Positions 55,661 to 64,000 of a stretch of 64,000 nucleotides of DNA are shown piece after piece; position 1 is the stretch's first letter; each line of letters opens with the position of its first letter. Position numbers and translations under genes: made by a program. The DNA is from Candidatus Omnitrophota bacterium (lineage in GTDB: Bacteria > Omnitrophota > Gorgyraeia > Pluralincolimonadales > Pluralincolimonadaceae): NCBI GenBank assembly GCA_003141835.1, contig PLNR01000008.1, forward strand, positions 132,472-196,471. Direction: 5' to 3'. Below the pieces are notes generated by a model. It had not been told where the DNA came from and ran no database searches. It saw nothing but the letters and a program-made list of their open reading frames with translations.

Positions 55661-55775
55661 ATCCTTCTCTCCTCTATGTTGAAATGCGGTTAAGGTATTT
55701 CGCCTATAGTAATAGACGAAGCCTTAGTGGATTTTCTTTCAAAAATCTTTAGGTTGGCCCCAAAATCTTGTATTT

Positions 55776-55804
55776 ATTATACGATTACGGGGTTATTATG
55801 TAAA
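55776..55804 (-). promoter_or_regulatory. sigma70 promoter for the recA-led run
   Basis: Minus strand TTTACA-N17-TATAAT. Confidence 0.65.
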
Positions 55805-55836
55805 GTAAAATCGGGGGCGGGATTTGTCGTAACTTA

Positions 55837-55875
55837 AACGGCGGCTACCAGATAAAATGATAGCCGCCGCCGTTA
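55837..55875 (-). terminator. Terminator-like hairpin after the discoidin gene
   Basis: CGGCGGCTA-N13-TAGCCGCCG with a short T tract on the minus strand. Confidence 0.5.
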
Positions 55876-55889
55876 AAACCGTAAATCAG

Positions 55890-58800
55890 TTATTCCTTCT
55901 TCGCTGTCATCTCCTCTAGCTTGAGGCCTTTGAATTCTTTAGGCAGGACGAACTTTACCCCTTTGGGGGGTTTGGCGGTGCCGTAGATGAAATACTTAAT
56001 GGTATCGCCTTCTTTCTTTATCACGTAGCAGATCTTGCCGTATGGCGTAGGCAGGTCCTTGACCTCGATGCCCTGGTCAAACCATTCCGGGGCTAAACCT
56101 TCGCCGAGGATAAGCTTTCCGTTATCATCATAGACGAACATCGTCCTGACCGCGTCGATATAACCCGACCCGACCCATGTATGCGGCATATCGCCGATAT
56201 ACGACGGCGTGCGCGGCTTGGCGTATACGACCTCTGCCATATGGTTCCAGCCGTATGGTCTTACGGAATCTTTCGTAAAGTATCTTAACATAGCAAGGCC
56301 GCGCTCGCGCTCATCCATCCTGAAATAAGCGTTCGCCGAGCGGACCTCGTAAGGGGTGAAAGTCCTCTCGTGCCCGGGCTCCATGCCTTTGCTGAAATCG
56401 GCAAAATACCTGTCGAAAGTGTTCTTCAGCAGGTCCTTCGGCATATATTCCAGTTCTCCGGCCGCTACTATGGCGATGGCAGTCGAGGTCGAGTCAAAAT
56501 CACCCTTCTCTACGCATCCGGCGATATAATTAATCTTGTCGCGTTCTGCCACTTTCTTTATCGAATCATACAGGCACTTGCGGAAATCGTCAACTTCCTT
56601 CTGCATCCATTCCGCGCTTGCCGTATCTCCCATTATATTGGCGAGATAGACCCCGTCCTTGAAACCTTTCAGCGCGAAGAAGTCATCCCAGTAGCTCGTC
56701 TGCGCCGGGTAATATCCCTCGTGGCTGTTAGACTTGGGAAGTATCCCGTAATACGGCTGTTTCTTCGGGTCGGTCTTGAAATCGTTGCCCATGGTGCGGC
56801 GGCGGAGGCCGCGGGTGAATTCCAGGACTTTCACGACCTTCGGATATACCGTCGGCAGATATGCCTTGTCGCCGGAATAATCGACGTAGTTCCTGACCGC
56901 AAAGACATATTCGCCCTGCGCGTCCCATTCTACGCCTTCGCCGGAACCGTTATCGTTATTGCCTACGGCATTGCCCCCCTCGAAAATTATATACGGGACA
57001 AATCCGTTATCCGCGACTTTTGAGGAGAACGCGTCAAGCCATTCCTTTACCGGCTCAACGACGCCCACCTTCAGGAGCGCCGCGCTCGTCAAACAACCGT
57101 CGCGCATCCACGAATGGCTGTAATTGCGCGAGCCGGGTTTTATCCATGGCCCGTCCTTATTGATGAGGATGTATGCGATGTTGGTCTTCATGACATCGAT
57201 AAGGCGTTTTTCGGGAATATTGATCGTGAAACGGTTCTCATACCCGGCCCACATCGCCGCCTGCTTCGCAAGCTCGGTATCAAAATCCGCGATCGTCTCT
57301 CCGGCCGGGAATTGGATTATAAAATCCTTCGTTTCGCCGGGACCGGCTTTGAGCTCATAAGTAAGCCCCGCGGATGCCGTTCCCTCGCCGCTTTGCGCTA
57401 TCGCGGAATCAGGCAGTCCGCCTTTCTCCATGAAATCGATTATATCTCCTGAAGAGTATGGTACAGCGGCCATTTTCACGCCGGCTGTACCGGTGGATAA
57501 TTTGGCCTGGCCGTTTATCAGCAGTTTCGGCGGCGCGCATTCTACCTTATTTATCGGGCTGAAGCCTCCGTACTGCCATGTGGGATTCACCTGGACCGGC
57601 CTCACCGCGAGGTCGAACAACCCGTCGAACGGCTTGGTGCCGGTATTCTTGAACCTGTACCTGACTTCCATCGTAGACCCGCCTGGCGCTATCGCCGTAA
57701 TTTCCAGCGACCAATCGGAATGGTCCCATTTTACCGTCGGTATAGGCAGGTAATCCTCAAGAAGGCTCTGCGTGACTTTGCAGTCGTTAGCCGTGTAAAG
57801 TTTTTTTCCGTCATAGACGAAAGGCATGACAGAAAAAGCCCCTTTGTACGGCTCGAACGTGCCGGTCTCGCTTAACAGGCCCTCATCGTTAGAATCCGGC
57901 GCGCCGATGACTGTCCAGAACTCCTGTACCCTGCCAAGCCACATCGGGTAATAGCCCGGCGGGGATAGTTTCGCGAGCATCTGGTAGATCTTTATAGGCG
58001 TAGCCTGCTCTTCACCGCTCTTCGGCTCAAAACTTTTTAAAACGTATTCCTTCCCCGTCGCGGATGCAGGGCAGTTAACCCTGAATTCCCTGACAGGACC
58101 GGCCTTGAAATAGATCCAGTTATCTTTTGACGCATTCTTGTCAGTCTTGAATACTTCATTCCAGGCCTGCCCGTCAGCCGAGGCCTCAACGGTAAAGGAC
58201 TTGGGATAGTTCTCGCCCCATCTAAGGACGATACCGCCGAGGTTCATCTTCGCGGGTAATTTTATATCGGTCTGAGCGCCGTTCCTGGCCACTACCGGCG
58301 GTTTATCACCGTCGAGGAAATTCACTTCCCACAGGGAATTGCCCCAGCCTGTGCCGCGCTGGATGCAATTTATCTTGAGCGCGGTCGCCACAACCGGGTC
58401 AAAATAGATTATATCGGTATTGCCGTCGCCCTCGGCGGTCTCGTAGACCTTCTTCCAGTTGCCCGAGGCGTCCTTTACTTCTATATTATATATCTCGGTA
58501 AAAGCGTTCTCCCATTTAAGGATGACACCGCAAATGTTGTGGGGGGTGTCAAACTCTGCCTGCCACCACTGGTTGTCCTCGAATTTACTCGACCAGCGCG
58601 TCGCCATATTCCCGTCTATTGCCTTATCCGCGCTGTAATCGGTGTCGCCGGATGAGGCGGTCGCCTTAGCCTTTATCGGGTCCGGGGCGTTAAGCTCAAC
58701 CTCAAACAGTGAGAATCCCCATTTGGTCGCGCGCTTTATAAGCTCTAGCTTTACGTAACGGGCTTTGACCGGGGTGATCTTTATGGTCTCGGTCCCGCCG

Positions 58801-59123
58801 GAGGAGTTCTTCTTTTCATATACTTTTTTCCATGAGGCCTTGTCGTTGGAGATGAGGATATTATATTCGGAGGCATAGGCCGCTTCCCAGGTAAGCGTTA
58901 TCTTCTTTATCTCGGTCGGTTGGCCGAGATCAATGATCAACCATTGGTTATCTTCGAACTTGCTGGACCAGCGGGTAGACGGGTCGCCGTCTATGGCGGA
59001 CTGGGGATCTAAATTCTCTCCGCTTGAAGAAGCGGACGCTTTCCATTCCGCGGCTTGGGTGAACTGGCTGAAACAGGCAAATACCGTAAAAACAAGCATA
59101 AAACCGAGCTTTTTACCGCACAT
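55890..59123 (-). CDS. Secreted protein with tandem discoidin (CBM32-like) domains and an (alpha/alpha)6 glycosidase-like domain
   Basis: Start ATG 59123 with GGAGG; signal peptide; two AIDG..TRWSSKFEDNQW repeats plus a degenerate third; SWMRDG, EWD, GILPKSNSHEGY, YWDDFF, GDMPHTW. Confidence 0.78.
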   Translation of the reverse strand: MCGKKLGFMLVFTVFACFSQFTQAAEWKASASSSGENLDPQSAIDGDPSTRWSSKFEDNQWLIIDLGQPTEIKKITLTWEAAYASEYNILISNDKASWKKVYEKKNSSGGTETIKITPVKARYVKLELIKRATKWGFSLFEVELNAPDPIKAKATASSGDTDYSADKAIDGNMATRWSSKFEDNQWWQAEFDTPHNICGVILKWENAFTEIYNIEVKDASGNWKKVYETAEGDGNTDIIYFDPVVATALKINCIQRGTGWGNSLWEVNFLDGDKPPVVARNGAQTDIKLPAKMNLGGIVLRWGENYPKSFTVEASADGQAWNEVFKTDKNASKDNWIYFKAGPVREFRVNCPASATGKEYVLKSFEPKSGEEQATPIKIYQMLAKLSPPGYYPMWLGRVQEFWTVIGAPDSNDEGLLSETGTFEPYKGAFSVMPFVYDGKKLYTANDCKVTQSLLEDYLPIPTVKWDHSDWSLEITAIAPGGSTMEVRYRFKNTGTKPFDGLFDLAVRPVQVNPTWQYGGFSPINKVECAPPKLLINGQAKLSTGTAGVKMAAVPYSSGDIIDFMEKGGLPDSAIAQSGEGTASAGLTYELKAGPGETKDFIIQFPAGETIADFDTELAKQAAMWAGYENRFTINIPEKRLIDVMKTNIAYILINKDGPWIKPGSRNYSHSWMRDGCLTSAALLKVGVVEPVKEWLDAFSSKVADNGFVPYIIFEGGNAVGNNDNGSGEGVEWDAQGEYVFAVRNYVDYSGDKAYLPTVYPKVVKVLEFTRGLRRRTMGNDFKTDPKKQPYYGILPKSNSHEGYYPAQTSYWDDFFALKGFKDGVYLANIMGDTASAEWMQKEVDDFRKCLYDSIKKVAERDKINYIAGCVEKGDFDSTSTAIAIVAAGELEYMPKDLLKNTFDRYFADFSKGMEPGHERTFTPYEVRSANAYFRMDERERGLAMLRYFTKDSVRPYGWNHMAEVVYAKPRTPSYIGDMPHTWVGSGYIDAVRTMFVYDDNGKLILGEGLAPEWFDQGIEVKDLPTPYGKICYVIKKEGDTIKYFIYGTAKPPKGVKFVLPKEFKGLKLEEMTAKKE

Positions 59124-59161
59124 CTTTCCTCCTAAGTTGTATCCCCCTTGAATGTTATACA

Positions 59162-59190
59162 ATAATACCTGAACATATCTCCAAATGCAA
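59162..59190 (-). promoter_or_regulatory. Promoter for the discoidin gene (divergent from pabB)
   Basis: Minus strand TTGCAT-N17-TATTAT. Confidence 0.5.
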
Positions 59191-59199
59191 GCCATTTTG

Positions 59200-59208
59200 T
59201 GTTATCAT
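59200..59208 (+). promoter_or_regulatory. Extended -10 promoter, probable leaderless pabB
   Basis: TGTTATCAT followed 6 nt later by ATG 59215; no SD sequence. Confidence 0.45.
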
Positions 59209-59214
59209 TACCCT

Positions 59215-61095
59215 ATGGCAAGAATATTCCACGGGCTCCCCCCTTTTGATGACGGTTTCTTGGAAAAACGGGAGTGTTTCATGCTCTTCGAGACGAGCCT
59301 GTTTGACGGCGAAAATTCGAATAGTTATATCCTCCTCGACCCGGTCGATACCATAAAGATATACAAATTCAGCGATGTCAGGAGCGCTTTCGAGCGCATA
59401 GAGCGGTATTCCAAGACGCATTTCCTGGCCGGATACTTCTCGTATGAACTGGGATATTGTTTCGAAGGGCCGTCTTTCAAAACAAAAGGCTCTTTTCCTC
59501 ATCCCTTGATCAATCTGCGCGTATTCAAAAATATAACGTCATTCAACCATGTCACGGGACGGCTGTCCCGTTCCATTCCCGGGCTTTTCGCCGTCGATGC
59601 GAAAGAGAACGATTTTCACGTCGATGACCCCAAGTTCAGCCTTACGAGGCCCGCCTATTTCCGGAAGGTCTCCCGGATAAAAAAACATATAGCGGATGGC
59701 GACACCTACCAGGTCAACTTTACCGGGAAATATACTTTCGGCTTCTCGGGCAGCGCCTTTTCTTTTTACCGCGGTCTTAAGGAAAAACAGAGCGTCCCGT
59801 ACGGCGCATTCTGCAAGATGGGCGGCGAACAGGTCCTCTCGCTCTCCCCCGAGCTCTTCTTCAGGAGGGGCGGCCGCGCCATCTATTCCAGGCCGATGAA
59901 AGGGACGATCGACAGGGGCGCAACTATCAACGAGGACGCCGGCAGGACATCGCAGCTGAAACGTGATGCCAAGGAGATCGCCGGGAATTTAATGATCGTA
60001 GACCTGATACGAAACGACCTCGGGAAGATATCAAAGACCGGAAGCGTCAAAGTCTCTTCGCTCTTCGACGTGGAAAAATACAATACCCTCTTCCAGATGA
60101 CCTCAACAGTAAAAAGCGCCTTAAAAGACGGCGTGACATATTTTGACATATTCAGGAGCCTCTTCCCCGGAGGGTCGGTCACCGGCGCACCCAAGATAAG
60201 GACGATGCAGATAATAAAGGAGCTCGAAAAAGACGACAGGAAGGTATATTGCGGCGCGCTCGGGATCATCTTTCCGGGCAAAAAGGCGGTCTTCAACCTT
60301 CCGATAAGGACGATATCGATATCGCGCGGCAAGGGCGAGATGGGGGTCGGCGGAGGGATAACAGTCGATTCTGACCCTGAGGAGGAATACCGGGAATGTG
60401 CCCTAAAGGCAAGGTTCCTCATTGAAAGGCGCAGGCCTTTCTCGCTCATCGAGACGATGTTATGGGACGGTAGATTCATGCGGCTCGGCAAGCATCTCGG
60501 CAGGATGCGCGACTCAGCGGAATATTTCGGTTTTGTCTTCGACCGCGCAAAGATATCCAAAAAACTGAAAAACGCCCAAAAAAGCTTTAAAAGAGATCTT
60601 TCATACAGGGTGCGTCTCTTGCTGGCCAGGGACGGCTCTGCCACCGTCGAGACCGCTGAGATCATACCGAGCCCGGAGAATGCCTTGGCACATGCCACAG
60701 TATCAAAATTCAGGACCTCTCCCGGCGACATCTTCCTCTATCACAAGACGACGAACAGGGAGCTATATGGCAGCGAATACGAACGCTACCGGACAAAAGG
60801 ATATTTTGACGTCATATTCCTTAACACAAAAGGCGAAGTGGCAGAGGGCGCCATAACTAACATAGTGATAAAGAAAAACGGGAGGTTTTACACGCCCCCT
60901 CTCTCTTCGGGCCTTCTGCCCGGCGTATTCAGGGCCCGCCTCTTAAAAAGCGGCCGCGTAAAAGAAAAGAAAATATTTTTAAAGGACCTCCGGAAGGCGG
61001 ACAAGATATTCCTCTGCAATTCGGTCCGCGGGCTCGTTGAAGTCAAATTGACTTCTCCTCGCCCATCCCCTATAATAGACGATAATGAAAGCTGA
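59215..61095 (+). CDS. pabB: Fused aminodeoxychorismate synthase component I / ADC lyase (PabB-PabC)
   Basis: GDTYQVN, SPELFF, RPMKGT (PabB-type Lys), MIVDLIRND, GAPKIR; C-terminal class IV aminotransferase fold HKTTNR, EGAITN, GLLPG. Confidence 0.9.
   Translation: MARIFHGLPPFDDGFLEKRECFMLFETSLFDGENSNSYILLDPVDTIKIYKFSDVRSAFERIERYSKTHFLAGYFSYELGYCFEGPSFKTKGSFPHPLINLRVFKNITSFNHVTGRLSRSIPGLFAVDAKENDFHVDDPKFSLTRPAYFRKVSRIKKHIADGDTYQVNFTGKYTFGFSGSAFSFYRGLKEKQSVPYGAFCKMGGEQVLSLSPELFFRRGGRAIYSRPMKGTIDRGATINEDAGRTSQLKRDAKEIAGNLMIVDLIRNDLGKISKTGSVKVSSLFDVEKYNTLFQMTSTVKSALKDGVTYFDIFRSLFPGGSVTGAPKIRTMQIIKELEKDDRKVYCGALGIIFPGKKAVFNLPIRTISISRGKGEMGVGGGITVDSDPEEEYRECALKARFLIERRRPFSLIETMLWDGRFMRLGKHLGRMRDSAEYFGFVFDRAKISKKLKNAQKSFKRDLSYRVRLLLARDGSATVETAEIIPSPENALAHATVSKFRTSPGDIFLYHKTTNRELYGSEYERYRTKGYFDVIFLNTKGEVAEGAITNIVIKKNGRFYTPPLSSGLLPGVFRARLLKSGRVKEKKIFLKDLRKADKIFLCNSVRGLVEVKLTSPRPSPIIDDNES
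61048..61076 (+). promoter_or_regulatory. Internal sigma70 promoter for cinA
   Basis: TTGACT-N17-TATAAT, 8 nt before ATG 61085. Confidence 0.7.
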
Positions 61096-62317
61096 AATAA
61101 TCTCCATAGGCACCGAGATCCTCCTCGGACAGATACTTAATACTAACCAGCAATGGTTATCCCTGAAGCTGGCAGAGCTCGGGGTCGACGTCTATTACCA
61201 GTCAACGGTCGGAGATAATCCCGGCAGGCTGGCCCGCGCGATAAGGCAAGGGCTCCTCCGGTCCGATATCGTGATAACTACCGGCGGGCTCGGCCCGACC
61301 GTCGATGATATCACCCTCGAAGCAATATCGATCGCCCTCTCAAAAAAACTCGTCTATGATAAAAAAACAGCCTCCAAGATAAAAGCGCATTTCGGGAAGC
61401 AGTGCCTTAATATGCCTGCAGGCAACCTCAGGCAAGCGCATATACCCGAGGGCGGTAAAGTCCTCGAGAATGATGCCGGCACGGCGCCGGGATTCATCGT
61501 CGAGCAGTCTGGAAAAATGCTGATAGCCCTGCCCGGGCCGCCGCGTGAATTAAACCCGATGTTCGAAAAATACGCGATGCCTTATCTTAAAAAGAAAGCC
61601 GGACCTGGCCGGGTGATAAAGATCCGCACGATAAACATAACAGGCCTGCCTGAATCAGCCGTAGACCTGAAAGTAAAAGACTTGCTGGAAAGCCCTCCGC
61701 CTGTTACCGTCGGCATCTACTCGAAACCGGCCCTGATAGAATTAAAGATAACGGCGAAAGCGAAGGATGAAAAAACCGCTAATGCCATGATAGGCAGGAT
61801 CGACAGGAATATAACGTCCCGGCTTAATAATTTCATATTCGGCCGGGATAACGAAACTCTCGAGGGAGCCGTAGGAAAGTTGCTGGCCGCCAAGCGCAAG
61901 ACCCTTGCCATAGCAGAATCCTGCACCGGCGGCCGTATCGCAGACAGGATCACGAACGTCCCGGGCAGTTCGAGATATTTCAGGATGGGGATGGTCGTTT
62001 ACTCGAATGACTCGAAGACATCCCAACTGTGCGTCTCATCGGCAACAATTGATAAATACGGGGCTGTAAGCCGCCAGACGGCCCTGGAGATGGCAAAAAA
62101 TATCAGGGATATCTCAGCGGCGGATATCGGCCTTTCGGTGACAGGCATCGCCGGGCCCGGCGGTAGTACGAAAACAAAGCCGGTCGGGCTCGTGTATATA
62201 GCCCTCGCCATGCCGGGAAAAACTATCTGGAAAGAATTTCATTTCAGGGGCGAGCGCGAAGTGATCAAATTCAGGAGTTCCCAGGCGGCGTTGGACCTTC
62301 TCAGAAGATCTCTCTAG
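61085..62317 (+). CDS. cinA: Competence/damage-inducible protein CinA (MCF domain plus NMN deamidase PncC)
   Basis: IGTEILLG, TGGLGPTVDD, LPGPPRE, AESCTGG, GAVS, TGIAGPGG. Confidence 0.96.
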   Translation: MKAEIISIGTEILLGQILNTNQQWLSLKLAELGVDVYYQSTVGDNPGRLARAIRQGLLRSDIVITTGGLGPTVDDITLEAISIALSKKLVYDKKTASKIKAHFGKQCLNMPAGNLRQAHIPEGGKVLENDAGTAPGFIVEQSGKMLIALPGPPRELNPMFEKYAMPYLKKKAGPGRVIKIRTINITGLPESAVDLKVKDLLESPPPVTVGIYSKPALIELKITAKAKDEKTANAMIGRIDRNITSRLNNFIFGRDNETLEGAVGKLLAAKRKTLAIAESCTGGRIADRITNVPGSSRYFRMGMVVYSNDSKTSQLCVSSATIDKYGAVSRQTALEMAKNIRDISAADIGLSVTGIAGPGGSTKTKPVGLVYIALAMPGKTIWKEFHFRGEREVIKFRSSQAALDLLRRSL

Positions 62318-63818
62318 GATCCTTCTTCCCTATGTCCTTAACCAGGCAGACCTGGTCCTTGCCGTGCTGCTTAGCCCAGTATAACGCCTCATCCGCCTTT
62401 TTGAACAATTGCTGCTGCGTAGTGCCGTCGTCCGGATAGACGGCAATGCCCATGCTTACGGTAAAAGAGAGTGATTTCCCGTCGGTCTTCACTTCCTTGG
62501 CCTTGACCGCATCCCTCAGCCTCTTGGCTACGCCGAGCGCGGTCGACGCGTCTGCGCCGGCAAGCAGGAGCACGAATTCGTCCCCGCCGTACCTTCCTAT
62601 AGCGTCGAGAGGCCTGCCTTTTACGTCGAAGCTGCGGATATGCTGGTTCAATATGCCGGCCAGCGAGACTATGATCTCGTCACCGGCCTGGTGGCCGTAG
62701 ACGTCGTTATACCTCTTGAACCCGTCGATGTCGATTATCGTAAGCGAGAACTTCTCTTTCATCCTCGCCGCCCTCTTGACCTCTTCATCCAGCCGCGTCA
62801 GGAGGAAATTATGGACGTAGAGGCCGGTCAGGCTGTCGCGGATGGAAAGTTCTTTCACCTCTTCGTATAATCTCGCCTTCTCTATCGTGATCGCCGCCTG
62901 GTTCGCGAGGATATCGATGCTCTCCCTGTCATCTTTCGTTATGGGCTGCTGGCTGAAGACATTATCGACTACGAGCACGCCTATCTTGGCGTTCTTTACC
63001 ATCAACGGCACGTAAAGGAACATGCTCTCCGTCCTTTGCGCCGCCGGGACCCCTTCCTCGAATAAGCTGTCGACTATCGTGTTGACGCCTTTCTCTATCC
63101 TGTACTGTTCCATCTCTATGGGCCTGGTGACTTTCCTGATATCCGCGCTCGCGACCCCTTTCAGTATTTTCTTATCCTTATCTATCAGGTAGAGCTTCGC
63201 CCTGTCAAAATGCAACACCTCGATCGCGCTCTTCAGGATGACGGAAAGGACATGGCTTAATTCCAGGCTGCTGGCCATGGCCTCGCTTATCTTTGAGAGG
63301 GCTAAAAGCATCCCTATCTTCTGGAGGTTCGCGTGAAATACTTTTACATGCCTTATCCCCCTGCTGAATTCCCTGGCGTAATCGCCCAGCATATCTTTTT
63401 CTTCCGGCGTTATCTTCTTCTTGCTGGCCAGCTTATCCGCCATGAGGACCCCCAGCTTGTCATCCGCGGTATGCAGCGGAAGGCATATCTGCAGGCCTTC
63501 GTCCCATACCAAGGAAGCGTCTTTCCCGAGGAATACGTCGACCAGCGGCCCTCCGCCGGCCTCTTTGACCGGTATCCTGCTCTCGCCGGCTATTATCCCC
63601 TTTCCCTTCATCCTGGCCTGGTAGCATTCAAGCGAGTTGCTCGCCTCCTCGTATAAGAATATATAGACGGCGTCGAAATCGATATCGCCGAGGATGGACT
63701 TAAGGCCGGCCTTGAGGGTCTCGTCGAGCCCGGTTTCAAGCTGGAAGAAAGCCCTTACAGCTTCCTGCAGGACCTTCAGGTGATCCTGTAACCTTTCCCT
63801 GCCGATATTTTCTTCCAC
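62301..63818 (-). CDS. GAF-GAF-GGDEF diguanylate cyclase
   Basis: Two GAF-like repeats; DSLTGL, DIDGFK.YND.YGH..GD, RPLD-x5-GGDEF, TVSMG, ADEALY. Confidence 0.92.
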   Translation of the reverse strand: MEENIGRERLQDHLKVLQEAVRAFFQLETGLDETLKAGLKSILGDIDFDAVYIFLYEEASNSLECYQARMKGKGIIAGESRIPVKEAGGGPLVDVFLGKDASLVWDEGLQICLPLHTADDKLGVLMADKLASKKKITPEEKDMLGDYAREFSRGIRHVKVFHANLQKIGMLLALSKISEAMASSLELSHVLSVILKSAIEVLHFDRAKLYLIDKDKKILKGVASADIRKVTRPIEMEQYRIEKGVNTIVDSLFEEGVPAAQRTESMFLYVPLMVKNAKIGVLVVDNVFSQQPITKDDRESIDILANQAAITIEKARLYEEVKELSIRDSLTGLYVHNFLLTRLDEEVKRAARMKEKFSLTIIDIDGFKRYNDVYGHQAGDEIIVSLAGILNQHIRSFDVKGRPLDAIGRYGGDEFVLLLAGADASTALGVAKRLRDAVKAKEVKTDGKSLSFTVSMGIAVYPDDGTTQQQLFKKADEALYWAKQHGKDQVCLVKDIGKKDPREIF

Positions 63819-63828
63819 AGCGCCTTTC

Positions 63829-64000
63829 TTATAACGATAAAATGTAATTTACCTGTGCGGCGGACCTGCGCGCCTCGGAGGCCAGGTACCTGTCGTCATA
63901 CTTCCGGGTCTTTACCGCCTCGATGAGGTTCCCGAAAAACTCGGCTATTATGAATTCGACCCCGCCCCAGAAATCTATCTGCCTGTAGCTCCTGCCGTAT
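63829..64000 (-). CDS. C-terminal fragment of an unidentified protein
   Basis: Open frame YGRSYRQIDFWGGVEFIIAEFFGNLIEAVKTRKYDDRYLASEARRSAAQVNYILSL* ending 10 nt before the GGDEF start. Confidence 0.6.
   Translation of the reverse strand, partial: YGRSYRQIDFWGGVEFIIAEFFGNLIEAVKTRKYDDRYLASEARRSAAQVNYILSL

Noticed and set aside
59155-60731. Minus-strand ORFs 59155..59502 and 59883..60731
   Set aside because: Antisense to the pabB-pabC fusion, with no recognisable motifs

Overview
Very compact bacterial chromosome segment made almost entirely of housekeeping genes. Gene content and order suggest the PVC superphylum, probably Candidatus Omnitrophota; this is an inference. Nearly every gene from 1 to ~59.1 kb is on the minus strand, in three long translationally coupled runs. 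Run 1 is recA-degP-recX-alaS-hisDBHAFI-trpEGDCF-PilZ-htpX-dinG-CHASE2/PP2C. Run 2 is trpBA-manC-ruvX-M16-pmm-lepA-lepB-pgsA-plsY-gpsA-tRNA-Pro. Run 3 is hom-thrC-apgM-ask-cimA-valS-nadC-crcB-DUF190-glycosidase-uvrB-GH144-like-birA-coaX. Downstream lie a CIRCE-controlled groES-groEL-groES operon and guaB3-guaA. The right end holds a pabB-pabC fusion and cinA (+), a GAF-GGDEF cyclase (-) and a partial unknown gene. I saw no CRISPR array, prophage, rRNA or transposase. The most notable observations: (1) three large secreted, modular glycosidase-like proteins (one divergent GH144-like, two CBM32/(alpha/alpha)6 paralogs) placed among core genes; (2) two unexplained highly structured non-coding elements between groES and guaB; (3) a TIR-bounded MITE-like element that overlaps the coaX 3' end; (4) a manC gene whose conserved N-terminus has no ATG/GTG/TTG start, implying an ATC start; (5) an unannotated 49-aa Trp/Asn-rich ORF upstream of trpB; (6) probable leaderless transcripts; (7) a PabB lacking a conserved Mg-binding Glu.
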